This document shows, one piece after another, positions 1 through 14,680 of a DNA stretch of 64,000 nt. Origin of the DNA: Chrysomallon squamiferum (taxonomy: Eukaryota; Animalia; Mollusca); NCBI GenBank assembly GCA_012295275.1, contig CM022671.1, positions 7,130,001-7,194,000 of the forward strand. Reading direction: 5' to 3'. The translations under genes and the position numbers were made by a program. The notes under the pieces were generated by a model. The model saw only the letters and a program-made list of their open reading frames with translations, searched no databases and was not told the DNA's origin. Position 1 is the first letter of the stretch, and every line of letters starts with the position of its first letter.

Positions 1-3000
1 CCAGAAGCGATCTGGGTTTCTGAAATTTCTTTCCTGTTTTGAATAAATGATCTGGTACATTGTGTTATAGTAATAAGTAATTGTCTTGTATCTATTGCAC
101 AAAAATGTAACATGTGTTTTGCTCAGTATTTTTATTTTTTCATTCTCATAGACTGGTGCTCAGTTCTCTGTTTTGCTCTTTTGGGCTTTTTCATGTTATC
201 TTGATATTAACTGGACCATGAAAGAATATTTAACTTTTTCTTAATTGCTTTTTTTGTAATATATCATCTATTTTTTTCTTTTTTTTTTCTGATTTATTTT
301 TTTTTTTTTTTTTTTTCTTTTTTTTTTCTTACAGGATAACAAATAAATTTAAATATTATTTATCATAATTTTCATTGACTGTTCCAAAAACATAATGGAG
401 AAAAGCTTTTGCTTTCTTATTGTATAAAAATATATATAACTTTTTTTTTTTTTTTTAAATTGTTTTTGTATAATAAATGTACTGTATATTTTATGATTGC
501 TGTATATGATGATAAATGTTTAAATTTGTTTAATAATGTTGTGGTAATGGTTTGTGTAAATAACAATAATAGTGAAATAAAATTTTTTAAAGGTTGTTAA
601 TAAAAACATTTTTGAAAAGTAAAGAAAGTTGAAATAATGGTAGTAAAAGTTTCAAACTTTTAAAAATATTAACTGTTGGTTTATAACTGGAGTGTGAGGG
701 GATCTGGGTCATAATATATAGAAATAATATTTCATTTTATTATTTTTTTATTTTTTATAGTCCATTGATCATTTATAGAGTGAACAATTTCATGATTAAG
801 GAGCAATAAGATTGATTTGATTAATTATGAGAAATCAAAGATATTGTTTGGAAATAACATTTTAAAGATAATGTTTGAATTTTATTATTCTGGCAGTTGG
901 TTAATCAGGGGTATTTTGAATCCATAGGCATTACTTCTTTAAGATATTCCCACTTGTCTCAATAATAATTTAATACTGGTATTATTACTATTGTTCTTTT
1001 GGAGTTTTTTAAACTTTAATTTATTCAGATATGAGTATACATACAGTGGTTTATCAGTATTTGATGATGTAAATAAAGTAATTAAGATTTTTTGATCTTT
1101 ATTCAATAATTATATTTTTTTATTGATGATTTTACTTCTCATTTTAATCATTACTCTTTTAGGACATGGAATAAAATATAAAATCATCTTGCATTCTATG
1201 GTTTGATTTACATTAACATGAGCTGAAACTTTTTTTTTTTTTTTTTTTTTTTTAAATGGGCAGATTGTGTGCATTGGTTAAAAAAAGTATTTGTCTGAAG
1301 GTTGATGTCATGAAAATTACTCTTCTTTATGGTTTCTAGTTAATATTGTTTTCTTGTTTTTTAGTTGTTTTTTTAAAGTTGTTGATGCCACTGAAATCAC
1401 TGGTTCTTATTTACACTGCTTTAACACCCTTCTGTGAGATGGGAAAGTTATACAGAGGTTTTTTTTAAAGACAAATTCTGTTCTGCAATTTTTTCAGACA
1501 TTTTCATATTGAAGCTTGTTTAAATAATATTTTATAATTAGCTTTAAGACAGACATTTCAATATTTAAAATACTGTATGGCTGTTAGTAAGTTAGTTGTT
1601 GTATAATAGTTTGTCTTAAATATTTAGACTGGGATTTTTATAATAATGTAAAACTGGCGTAAATAGGTTTATGATGCATCATTTTGTTTCAAAAATAACA
1701 GATTTTGAGGCTGATAATTTTGGTCCAGTTATTATAAGATTTTGACTTTCCTGAAACGATTTGGAAATCTTGATTGCCTGTGTTTTGATGTTGTATATTT
1801 TTGTGGAGGGGCATTAGCTTTACGAATTGTGATGTTTTTGAAATATATTTTTAGTTTACAGCAAATTAAATGTACTGTTTTATGTAGTCAAATAAAAATT
1901 AATATGTCAGTGACTGGTATCTATTATTTTTATAGACATAAGTTTTGTCTTTTTCAAATTTTTACATTTTATATGTATTTTGTGAAGAGTCTATTAAAGC
2001 ACTGAATTGTTTGTTTTAAAAGTTATTGCTACAAACTGAAACTAGCTAAGTTAACTTTATCTAGTTATTTAATTGCTTTCTGTTACTGTTTGATGACATT
2101 CTTTAGAAATCCAGACAGAAACCTTGTAAATATATTTGTTTTCCATTATATTTATCAAGCATTGGTAATGCAGTATGAAAATACTTAAAATTTTGCTTTA
2201 AAAAGATTGTTATTTGTGATTTATGTTGTTTTGGGGGGAGTTTTTCATTGTTGTTTTTTATTTTATTATCTTTTTTTTTTTTTTTAACTGAAAACACTAA
2301 GATGGTAAATATTTGTTTCAGTTAAAGAAATTGTTCAGATATTTCCAAATTTAAATGTAGAAAAATTGAAAATTAAGATAATTTCCAAATACATTTTTTC
2401 ATTATTGTATTAAAATATGCATTAACAGTCACAAAATTTGTACCTAAATCTTAAGAACTGTATTATCTTATTTGGTTGCAGAAAGTATCTTTTGAAAACC
2501 ATAGACTTTTGTTAAATTTAAAAACTTTGCCCTCTATATATTTATAGAAGGTGTATTTTAAATGTCTAAAATGTTTGTTCAATTTTAAAAACTGTTACTT
2601 TACATGTTATGGAAAGGGTATTTTTAAAAAAAGATGTTTTATCTGAATTGATAATTCAAGGTCTCATTGAGTCATTGTTAATAAGGCCCACTGTTTCTGT
2701 TATCCATAGTATATTATATGTGCCTTTTTTTTGTCGTCTTTGTTTGTTTTGTTTTTTGTTTTTCTTTTGGGAATAATAAACACCAGATCCAGGGTTTAAA
2801 AATGGTTGTATCATAGTGGTGGATATAATTTTCAAAATGAATAGAATTTTGTTGTCTAGAAAAAAACTTCTTATCATCAAAAGATATTGTAAGCACTGGA
2901 TCTGTGTTTGGGATGATGATGATGATGATTATTTTCTTGTCAAAGTATATCCTACTTGTGATCTCATGTTCAAACATTCTTTTTCAGAATTGATTTCATA

Positions 3001-5160
3001 ATATTTCTGTGTACCAATGTTGAATCAGCATATATTAAAACATCTTCTTGTCTAAAATGTTTTCTTTATTTTTATTTTTTAATGATTAATGCAGCAGTGT
3101 GTTTTTATTTTTTAATTTTTTCATTAACAGTTATGACAGAATAAAGAAAAATAAATCTCAAATTTTAACATTTTTTCTTTACACTTTCTTTCATGTCTTT
3201 GACTAAACATTTATTTTGATTTCAGACCTAAGCATCTATTTGTAATTTATAACTGAAATTAATTTGGAATAGTTAAAAGTAGATATACTCTGTAGATAGT
3301 GTGTATTATTTGTGTCAGTAATATATACAAAAATAACACAAATAATAACAAAAACATAATAATAATAATTTTACTATATAAAATGTTGTGTTCAGTTTTC
3401 TGTTTCAGCCATTACTAGATATTTTATAGCATCAAAGACAACAGAAATAATGAAATCTCAAATTGTGGACTTCTGAATGCGTAAAGAGAATTGGAAAAAA
3501 TAAAGAGACTTTATCTAGACTTTATTTGGACTAAATAAAACATATTGTTCAATGTATATAGACTGATGAAGGTCTGTTGATAATAAAAATTATCTATCTT
3601 ATTATTTGTTAAAATAAATATTTTCTTTCCACTGTAAATACCTAATGTTTATTTTGTTGAATGTTAAGTTTGACAGTAATTGTATTAAATATAATCTAAT
3701 AATGTAATAAAATCTACTGATATTACTAATATATGTGTTATTGCATTTTGTAACAGCTATTTAGTCTGTTGTTTTTTAACTGTTTGCCATCAATATTGCA
3801 AATGTGCATGCTAAATTTCATAATGATCTTTTTGCTATTGTTTATTAAATTCCATACTAATCTTGTATCAAATATAATTAAATATTTATTACAGAAACTA
3901 CAATTACAGTTTTGGTTGTGACTGTGAATAAGTTTCACAGTAATATTGTTTCTTGTATAAAAAGTATAACTAAATGGTGTTATTTCTTCGGATCAAGTCG
4001 GTCACTTTAATGGCATTTTATTTGCAAAGTAATGTTCATTAGTCTGATAACTCTGCATAGGAATTGTTTATAAAAGTAATAAAACAACTAGAATCAGATT
4101 CATTTAAGTCTTAATGTTCATAATGTAGACAATATTCGATTATTGAGCTGGTTCTGAGAACAGCTATAATTTTTTTTTTTTTTTTTTTAATGTCTTTGAT
4201 TACTGTATATAGGTATTTTGTACATTTGTGTTTCTGATGTTTATAAAATACTATACACTATACAGTGAGTTGTAATTTGGATTATTTTGGAGTAAAGGTG
4301 CCACAGCCAGAGGCAAGAAAATATCAGTGTTTTTAATAATAATAATAATAATAATAATACAAACAAAAATTAATTAAATAAATAAAACACAAGTGAGCAG
4401 TTTTGGAAACAGCTTAACAGTGCCTTTAATAAAACTACCAATTTCCAAAAATCATTTAAGCTGGACAGTTTCCATTTATTTTCCTCTAATTATTACCATA
4501 TATTCACTAAAATTATATATATATATATATATATATTTTTAAAAATTTAATTTATTTTTTTTTTTTTTTATTTTTTATAAAAAAGAATTATTATTTTTAT
4601 ATATATATATTTTTTTTATTATTATTATTTATTTATTATTATTATTCATTTTTGTTTTTTTTAAATGTAAAATTTTTTTTTTAATAATTTTCTCATGCAA
4701 ATAAATTGAAACCTTGCTCTGATACATCATAATAAAATATTTTTATTCTGAAACATATGTTCAAAGAGTTTTTTTTTTTCTCTGGTTTTCTCTCTAACAT
4801 TACATTAAATTTTAAAATATTATTCTGGTTGTTTGAATGATATTAGCCTAAATACGATTTGTATACTTTGTAATGTTTTTGTGTTAATACCAGCCTTTGC
4901 TAATAATAAAGTTTTACAGTGAAATAACAAGACACAGAGGATCTATATCAGCTACCAATTTAATTTATTATCTTAAAAATGTCCAGTTTACATAGTATAC
5001 GGTTTATTTTGAATTTCTCAGTGTGCTGTCTTATTGTTATTATTATTGTTATTTATAATTATGTTAATGGATTTGTATAAGAATATACGTTTCTGCAGCA
5101 ATATTAATCATGAAGTTATTAACACTTTAAATTATTTCTTTTAACATTATGATAAAAAAT

Positions 5161-5213
<53 letters not shown>

Positions 5214-7743
5214 TTTATTAAAGATTTTACTTCAAAATATTTTCCGCTAAAAACTAAAAAACGTCCTTCGATTCTTCAGTATTTTAGTATTTTTATAGAC
5301 ATTTATTTTGTATGTACTATATGTATATTTAAATATATGTTTATTGTATTTTGTTGTTAAAATTATGTAGTTTCTGTATTAAATTTGTACAATGAAAAGA
5401 AAAAGGATTTGTTCTCATTGACACTTGTATGCGTATATTCTATATGGATATATATTAAAACTAATAACATTAATAATTTCTACAACTAGCAATGGCCAAC
5501 AGGAACGGTAACTCGTAACGGCACAAATTACGTCACGGAAAAAAAGCCTCAAGAAATTTCGCCTATTTAATGGGTGCAAACAATCCCTAAATATTCTTTT
5601 CGCTGGGTTCTGGGGGGAAGGTTGACAACTACAAAAGTTAATACATTAATCTTATTCCGCATTATAATTTCAGTTTATTATGCACGCATTTACATCAAAA
5701 TAATCCAGTTTGAAAAGTTTGATTAAGTTGAAAAACTAGAAAAGCGCGTGACATCATGGTTTGGTTATATGAACAACCTTACCTTTATCAGTGTGAATCA
5801 TGAAATTTTAATTTATTTTATTAAATTATTTAAATCATCCTTAGACCATTTTGGGCGATCTAACCATAAAACAACAAAAATAAAACGGTTACAAGCACAG
5901 ACACATTTAAAAAAAAAAAAAAAAAAATTGGACTTAGAATATGCGTAATATATTTAAATTATTTATTATTATGAGTAAAGATATACTTTATTTCATCGTA
6001 GAATACATAATGCTTACGTTTGCGCCCTTTATTATCAAACGCTAGGCAACCAAGTGCTGTGGAGCGAAAATTTGGTCAATAAACTGACCTTCTTTAATAT
6101 TTTTCTGTGTCAATTTTGCCCACAGAGTACAATATTTATTGCTAAGATCTCGGAAGGAGATTTCAAACTGAATGATTCTTTTACCCTTGGTTATAATAAT
6201 GTTAATTATTTCTTTTGTCGTTTTGAATAAATAATGTGTCAGTACTTTTGAGTTGTTTTTAACTTTAGCGTCACTGAAAACATAACAGCTGTTGTTGTCC
6301 ATATAATATATTAATAATTAATAATAATACGCTTCGGTTATCGGCAACAAAGAAATAAGGCATTACCAAAGACGCTGTATCACTAGAACGGCTCACTAAG
6401 TCTCTTTTGTGTAAACAGAAACAACCTGTGCACCTGGTGGGGGCTTGATCTAAGATAAAAAGGGAGATAATCCACATTCCAGACTCTGCCTGTCAATGAT
6501 ACTAGAGATGTGATACTAAAAAGTAAAGGTATGTAAAAATATAATTTAAAAAAATGAAGTGCCGACGATAGCATTAGACCAACCAGGCAACCATCTATGG
6601 ATCAGTCGTCTGAGGAGAGGATTACTGATCTTTAAGATTCACAGTTTATTATAAACTATTGTCGTAAAACATAACAAAATTAAAATATACAAGTATCATT
6701 TCATTAATTGTTCAAAATAGTTTACAGATACTTCATTGTTATTTTATAACCAGTTTACTGTTTTCAGTCCTAAGAGAACTGTTAAATCAATTTCGCATGT
6801 TTTCAAACGAAAGCCAATATTCCCCTAAAGCATGATGTAATACGGTCACTGATATTTTAATTAATACTGTGCTTTTAATAATGGTGTAGTTGATATTTCA
6901 CATTAATTATTCTTACAATTTTTTTTTTTTTTACTTTTTTTTTTTTTTTTTTTTTAAGGTGATGTGGGTGGGTATACAACTATCTTCCCCTGCCTATGAC
7001 ACAAAATAGTCTGTCGCTGGCTCTAACGATATTCCATAGAATAAGTACATTTTTCAACTAATATTATCAATCATCATTGTTTATTGATTGTTCTAAACAA
7101 AATTAACTACTTTATCTCAGAACCATGCTTCATGTGACAGAGACTCTGTATCTCATCGTAAATAAAAGCAACGATGAGGCTGCATGTAAGAACACCATCT
7201 ACTGTGTATTGTATATTAATTTAAAATAATAGTTTAGATAAGCACAGATATTAGACAGCAAAGATATTTGTTGTAGAACAAACACGTTATGCATCGAGTA
7301 TTTCTTTTTACAATGTACACAAACTTGTTGGAAATTACTGCTGGTGGTGTTGGGTAGTTCGTATCTGCATTAATGTGTAACAAAAGAAAAACATTATTTG
7401 CTTTTATCGCTACATGACACAGTGATGCAGTTTCTGTGTCTTTTTCTTTCTTTCTTTTTTATTTCTTTTTTTAATTTTTAATTATTTATTTTTATTATTA
7501 ATAATGTCAAATTGAAATTATTATTATTATTATTATTATTATTTTAACTATTTCTTTTCTAGATGTGATTTCGTTTCATTTTATTTATTGATTTAATTTA
7601 ATTTAATTTAATTTTTTTTAAATTATTTTTGTCAGTTTATTTATTTACACTGAAATATTAATTTGAATATTAATTTATTTTATTTATCTTTCATTTATTT
7701 CATATTAGTCCTTTTCTTTATTTCTGTTTTGTTTTATTTTATT

Positions 7744-7800
<57 letters not shown>

Positions 7801-9000
7801 TTTGTTTGTTTGTTTGTTTGTTTGTTTGTTTGTTTGTTTGCATGTTTGTTTGTTTGCTTGCTTGTTTGTTCTGTACCTTTGGTAAACAGTTCCACAGAAC
7901 TCATTTTTCAAGTATAAGTTCCCTTTGATCCACTTTTCAAGTGAGGGTATCATCACTCTCCAGGTGACTTACTGTCGATGTATTCAAGGTATGCCATCCA
8001 AACGTACGTTGCAAAGGAGTTACCTTTTTTTCCTTCGAACCTTTTCGTTTTTACATTTACTACAGCGATATTATTCAATATATGCACATATATTCTTCAC
8101 GTGGTTCGGTCTTGACAACATATATATATATTGGCATAAGATCGAAAATGTTTTTATACCAACTTTAAAAAGATCAGAATAAACGAAAATCTATAATTTC
8201 GTTTGTTTATAAAAGACAATTTAAAATTTGTACTCTGATTTTAACATTATTTTGTGATACTTTATATTTCTTTGGACAATGCAGAATACAAAGCCTGTAG
8301 AACTTTCAAGAACACATTTTTTTTTTTTTTAATTTTAACTAAGGTCACACTAACACAGCCATTTTATCAATGTACTTCCATTAAACAGCTGAAATTAAAC
8401 AAATCAGTGCGCTTAAAAGCTATACAAATATTCAAAATAGTTACGCTTTCTTCATCGTAGACAGTCTATTCTAGCTTCTACAATAAATAATAAATGAAAA
8501 TAAAAAACGCAAGTTAGATCCTGAAAATAAATTCGCTCATGTTTTCGTTTATTTTTCTTTATTTTGTTCCAGTCGTTAAGAAACTTGAAAAAATACAAGT
8601 ACTGAGGTATATCAAAATTAGTTAGAGCATAACGTCAGACGTAAGCGTACATGGATATTTATAAAAGTTACGCATTTTTCGTCAAGGAATTGGTCTATCC
8701 CTGTTTCTATAAATAACTATCAGACGAAAGAAAAATTAATAGTAAAAATGTAAATTATAATAAAAATTAGAGTAAAAGTTTAAATAATAATAATAATAAT
8801 AAAAATAATAATAATAATAACAATAATAATAATAATAAATTAATAAATGAATGAATAAATTAAAAATAGAATAATAACTATAAAATGTCTTCTTATTATT
8901 CTTTTCATTATTGTCGTTGTTAATATTTATTTAAGTATTTATTTTTTAGGACTCTAAATAGTACTATTATTGTTGTTATGCTATTACTACAACTAGGCCT

Positions 9001-9032
<32 letters not shown>

Positions 9033-9959
9033 ATAATAATAATAATAATAAACAAATTATAATAACTACGCAATTAACTTTATTTTACTTTTATTGTTCA
9101 ATATGAACTAGATTTCGACAAAACACTTCCCTATGCGTATTAAAAGTATTCTAGTTAATTCAAAACAAAGTTTTTAGATATTTATTTTTGGTTGACAGCC
9201 TTAAATTAGCTTTTAAGTAAAAATATATAAATAATAGAAGCCAAAAGAATCATTATGTGTCTTTTAGTGGCGATTTGATGTAAGATTTGTATATGGTTTA
9301 TTTTCAACTTCTGTCATTATTAATTTTATTTATGTATTTCTGTAATCAGGCTAGCTATTTTTAGTCAGAACGTAGAAGGTCAAGGCCGAGTACGTTTAAG
9401 TGAATGATATAAAAACTGAATTGTGGAAGTCACGGAATATATTTAATCGTCAGTTCATATAAATGAAAATTAATTAACGTTCTTCTTTTCTTCTTCTTCC
9501 TTCTTGTTATAAAGTGATAATCAGGTTTGAAATAATGAAGACTGAGTAATTAACAAAATTATATATTTTAATATATTTTTTTTTTTTTTTTTTTTTATTA
9601 TTATTTTATCAACTGATTTGAATATGTTTTTTGGCGGATATAAACTTCTTCAGTTTTCGTTTATCTCCTGCTTTTCGCAAATACTTTGTTTATGTTTTTA
9701 AAAAAGACCTGAAAACAATACCGAAATAAAAATTTGCCTGTCAAGGATAGGGCTAAATGAAGGATTACAAAATGTAATAAAATTTATAAACTAAAATATC
9801 ACTGAATCATTAAATACATTAATTATTGGTGGATTCATTTTTACAAACTATATTTTAGAGAAAATTTTTATTTTCAATTTTTGTTTTTTATTTTAAATTA
9901 TTAATAAATACAATTCGAAAATAAAGATATATGGCTTATGTACATACATAACTTCTCCC

Positions 9960-10070
9960 TTGCAGCAAAAACGTCACATGACACATGTACTTTTTCATTT
10001 GCATCCGGGCAACGGGAACTAACTAGGGAGGTCGCCATTTATTTCTTTGTGAGGGGTGATTTTGGTTAAG
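9960..10070 (+). promoter_or_regulatory. Probable SPS promoter / non-coding first exon region
   Basis: Local CpG/GC enrichment with the E-box-like GTCACATGAC (~9973) and a reverse YY1-like GTCGCCATTT (10031-10040). Acceptor-like sites TTGCAG (10159) and TTACAG (10171) precede the ATG. Confidence 0.45.
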
Positions 10071-10197
10071 TGTTTGGAGTGTTTTTCCGATAAATATTTG
10101 TAAATTCGTTCAAATTTAGATTGTAAATTTACATTAACTATATTTTCATTCTATTGCAGATTATTTTACAGCTTGTCTAAAGTTGTATTTGGTTGAA

Positions 10198-12304
10198 ATG
10201 ACATCGCGTCGACCTTTTGATCCTGTGGCACATGAGTTGGATCCCACTTTCCGACTCACCAAATTTGCTGACCTAAAGGGATGAGGGTGTAAAGTCCCTC
10301 AAGACGTTCTGCTCAAACTTCTTGAGGGACTTAACCAGGACAGCAGTGCCCAGGATCAGGAACAGGCGCAATTCCAGTATGTCACGCCAGTCCCACGAAT
10401 CGGTAAGCAGGATTTAATAAATAAAATAATAAAAAAGTAGGTCATGTTCCATTTCCGAAATGTCTCATTTCCCAAATATTTTTAAAATTTTAAAAGTATT
10501 AATTGAGACCATGGTTAGCTCCAGATTTATTGGAGCCAATATATTATTTAATTAGTACTTTTGCAATTATGTTGGAGGTTAGTGCATTCTGAGTTTTAGG
10601 AATACGTGTTCATTTTTGTTGGGAATGCCCTTCAAACCTCATAATTTCAAAATGGCGTCTTCATACCGGTGATGCTATATGTTATACCACGTGACCAAAT
10701 ATCACGTTATGATTATTTTTAGCGTCACGTGTAGTTTTATTCGTACATAAAATACTATCTGAAAGTTTGAAAAAATAACTTTTAATTGTTAACATTCATT
10801 TAGAATTTAAAAAACAAAAATGTAATGTAATAAGCATTATCATTTTATGATATCATCATAAAATTTAATATGGTAATTCACATTATTATTATATTTACTT
10901 AATGATAAAATTAAAATTACTAGCAAAAAATAAGGCATTCTGTATACATTCTAAATAAAGTAATTGTTATATTTGATAAGATACTTCAAATACTTATAAA
11001 TGTTCTGGTTTTATTAATTGGTTATGACAACAATAATTATATTATTGCTAACAAACAGTATCATTCATATTTTGAAGCAGTTATTTTGTTGTGAATAATT
11101 TTCATGATTTCTTTTTATAACTGAGAGGATTTTTTTTTTTTTTTTGTTTAAATTTTGCTGCAAATGCTGGTTACTTCATGTCAGTAAATGTTACAAATAT
11201 TATTTTGTATTTATCAGAACAGAAAAAAACACTCATTAGTTTTACTGAAATGTGTATTAGCAAGAAGTCCAATTATGTAATAAAAAAGATTTATTTATTT
11301 AAAAAAAAAAAAAAATTCCTTTGAACTGTTTTTACATTTCTTTATGTTAGGAGCATACTGTATTCAAGGATAGTTTGTTTAATATATGTATTTTTTTTCT
11401 TCTGTTACAAGCATCCTTGTATCAGTGCTGTTTGTTTCTCTGATTTCTATTTGAAATAATTCAATTTCTGAGTAATTTGGTTACTTCATAACATTGATTT
11501 TATCCATATATGACATAGCCTTTTTAACTGAACTTTTCATTTGAAATATATGTGATCAGTTTGGTTAATCATATAAAAAAAAAAAAAAAAAATGTAAGAT
11601 TTTTATTATTTTTAAATTAGAAATGAAATGACTATTTTCAGTTAACCACCTTATTTTTATAATTTTTTTTTTTTTTTTAAGTTTTTGTTTCTTAAAAATA
11701 TTTCACATCAGCCTGTAACAAAGTATTTTTCAGTAAACAATTTTGTTTATCAATATGTACATAATCAATTTATTTTTGAACTTTTTAAGGCATTGGAATG
11801 GATGCTTCCATCACCCCTCTTCGACATGGTGGACTTTCACTTGTTCAGACGACAGATTTTTTCTATCCCCTGGTTGATGATCCATACATGCAGGTTGGTT
11901 TCCGATTACTCATGCAGTTCATCACAATTTTGATTTATGACAAGGAATAGACCCTTAGATTCATTTGTTTTAGATGCACATTAATTTTTGGTGTACAACA
12001 TCAAAGATGACTTTTATAAACCGTATAATTATATAATTTGAATTGTTCATTTATAGTTATAGTCTCCATGCTTCTGATTTATATTTTTAATATCGTTTTG
12101 TGCTGCCCAGTCTTTGTTAATAACAGTACAAGAACAAAAGATCAATTAAAAATATTTTAGTTCTGACCATTTTCTGTAGATGTGACAAATATGGTTTATC
12201 TCACATTTTTGAGGAAGTACTTTTATTTTAGGGTAATTGACACAACTTCAGTCAAACATTATCAATATTATATGATCTTTTATGAAATTCAGAATTTTGT
12301 ATTA

Positions 12305-12336
<32 letters not shown>

Positions 12337-14680
12337 CCAGGGTAAGATAGCAGCGGCCAATGTGTTGAGTGACTTGTATGCAATGGGTGTGACTGACTGT
12401 GACAACATGTTGATGTTGCTTGGTGTCAGTAACAAGATGACAGAAAAGGAACGAGATGTAATTGTTCCTATGATCATGAGTGGATTCAAGGTTAGTCAAC
12501 AAAGCTGGAGAGGGAAACCTTAGCTGCCATCAGTCCCCACCTGTTAAACCTCCATATATATGTATATGTCTACTGTTCCTTGAACACATTTGTTTTTTAC
12601 TGTTACAAGAAAATAGAGCTGAATTGAATTTTTTATACTTACAAGTGATACTTTTATAAAGAACTTCATTGATAATAAACGGTAGCAATAAATTAACACA
12701 AAATATCAGATAGAAGGAGATTCATGAAATCTACCCTTTATTCATGATGCCTGTTTGACACAGAAATGAGCAAATCACTGTAAAATCAGGAACATCTTAC
12801 ATTCTGCAGTATGAAATAATTCTTTTAACATTTTTTTCCATTTATTTCTGAATTTTATTTTATTTTATCATTTCTTTCACATAGGATACTGCAGATGATG
12901 CCAACACGCAGGTCACTGGAGGTCAAACCGTTCTCAATCCATGGATGACGATAGGGGGCGTTGCTACATCTGTCTGTCAAACCAATGAATATATCATGTA
13001 TGTCTTTAGAGAAAATTTGACAGTTACATTGGATAAAACCTGTCAATCAAGTTAGAGCAAAGGAATCCAGAATCTCCATACCAAGAAATATTTAATCCCT
13101 AAAAACAATTTAATAATAAATGACTCTTTTTAAGATTGCATTCCAGTAGAATAATTCTGGGAAATTTCCACCTCAAAACTGAGTCAGATATATGAATATT
13201 ATTAAAAAGTTTTACTCTTCCTGATGTTTTAAGGTTGCCTGTATCATTTAGGTCTTGTTTATTGTAATTTATAGAAAATTACTTTAAACAATCTTCACAG
13301 ATTAACAAAGTAATTGTTTCTTGTATCTGTTACAATGTTGTTTTTAATTTTCAATGTGTTTACACAAGATAACAGAATATTTCATAATTGTTACAGGCCT
13401 GACAATGCTGTGGTTGGTGACGTTCTGGTGATGACCAAACCTCTAGGTACACAAGTTGCTGTCAATGCGTATCAGTGGCTGGATCAGCCGGAACGATGGA
13501 ATCGCATCAAGCTTGTTGTCAGCGAGGATGACTGCAGGAAAGCTTATCAAAGAGCCATGTTCAGTATGGCACGTCTCAACAGAACAGGTAACCTGTGTCT
13601 TTGTTACAGTATTATAAAGTGTTACTCAAGAATGCCAGTCTCCCAAGATTTCTAACATTTTCTTGTAACTATTTGGATCAAGGGGTTATTTTTGGTTAGA
13701 GAAATTATAAAACAGTTTTCATTTTTTTCATTTGACATCCTTGATGAGTGAAATAATTTAAAACTCCTGCACATTAAACAAGATTTTCTATCAGCTGTAG
13801 AATTGGTTAAATGAATAAAAATATATTTCTTTTCAAGAAATTTAATCTGGAATTTCTGGGCACAAACAAAATTAAAGTAATAAAATCTTACGTTTAACAA
13901 TTATTGAGTTGATTGGTATTTGGAAAAAAAGTACTGTTAAATATTTTAGTACTAGCATTTATCCATGGATTTGTTTTTTAAGATTTAATATTTCTTTATA
14001 GCTGCTAGACTGATGCACAAGTACAATGCCCATGGTGCGACAGATGTAACAGGATTTGGTCTGCTTGGTCATGCTAACAATCTGGCTAAAATACAGAAGA
14101 ATGAGGTCGGTTTTGTCATCCACAATCTGCCCATCATTGCCAAAATGGCTGCCATCAGCAAAGCTTGTGGTAACATGTTTGGTTTGTTGCAAGGACATTC
14201 TGCAGAAACATCAGGTACTAATAATTTCAATACTTTTTGTTATTCAGTATAACATGAATACTGTAATATAGTATATTTCCATATTTACTTAACACTTAAT
14301 TTTTAATCCTTCCATGACATAATGTTGTAATTCAGACATATTTTAAATTTCTTTCAAAGGTGAATTTGATTTTGTACTTTAAAAAAACTAGAAATTATCC
14401 TTCTGGAATGTACTTTGGGTTGACTTTTATTATTCTTTCTTTCAAAGGGTAATAATAATTTGTAATAATATGAATATTTCTTTTTTCTATCACAGGTGGT
14501 TTGTTAATTGCACTACCAAGAGAACAGGCTGCAGCTTTCTGTAAAGATATTGAAAAACAAGAAGGATATCAGTCTTGGATTATTGGCATTGTAGAAAAAG
14601 GGTCAAGAACGGCAAGAATAATTGACAAACCACGAGTAATTGAAGTTCCAGCTAAAGACAGAGATGGTGAATTGTGGTAG
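10198..14680 (+). CDS. SEPHS2: Selenophosphate synthetase, selenocysteine-containing (SPS2/SelD type), 386 aa, Sec at codon 29
   Basis: Coding exons 10198-10402, 11790-11893, 12341-12490, 12885-12997, 13397-13587, 14002-14214, 14496-14680. All introns are GT-AG with consistent phases; total 1161 nt. The translation shows SPS hallmarks: [28 protein letters not shown](TGA)[90 protein letters not shown], ending [16 protein letters not shown]. In-frame TGA at 10282-10284 sits at the known Sec position. Confidence 0.96.
10282..10332 (+). promoter_or_regulatory. UGA-Sec codon with GGG-TGT hexamer and Sec-redefinition (SRE-like) hairpin
   Basis: TGA 10282-10284, then GGGTGT 10285-10290. AAGTCCCTCAAGA (10292-10304) is the exact reverse complement of TCTTGAGGGACTT (10320-10332), with a 15-nt loop; the stem starts 7 nt after the UGA. 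Confidence 0.85.

Noticed and set aside
5460-5800. Possible promoter or minus-strand exon (TTACGTCACGG; AAG|GTAAGG donor near 5780)
   Set aside because: No linked ORF or partner exon could be identified.
10282-10284. SPS as a pseudogene or a sequencing error because of the internal stop
   Set aside because: The TGA is exactly at the Sec site, all other exons are intact, and both a SECIS and a recoding hairpin are present.
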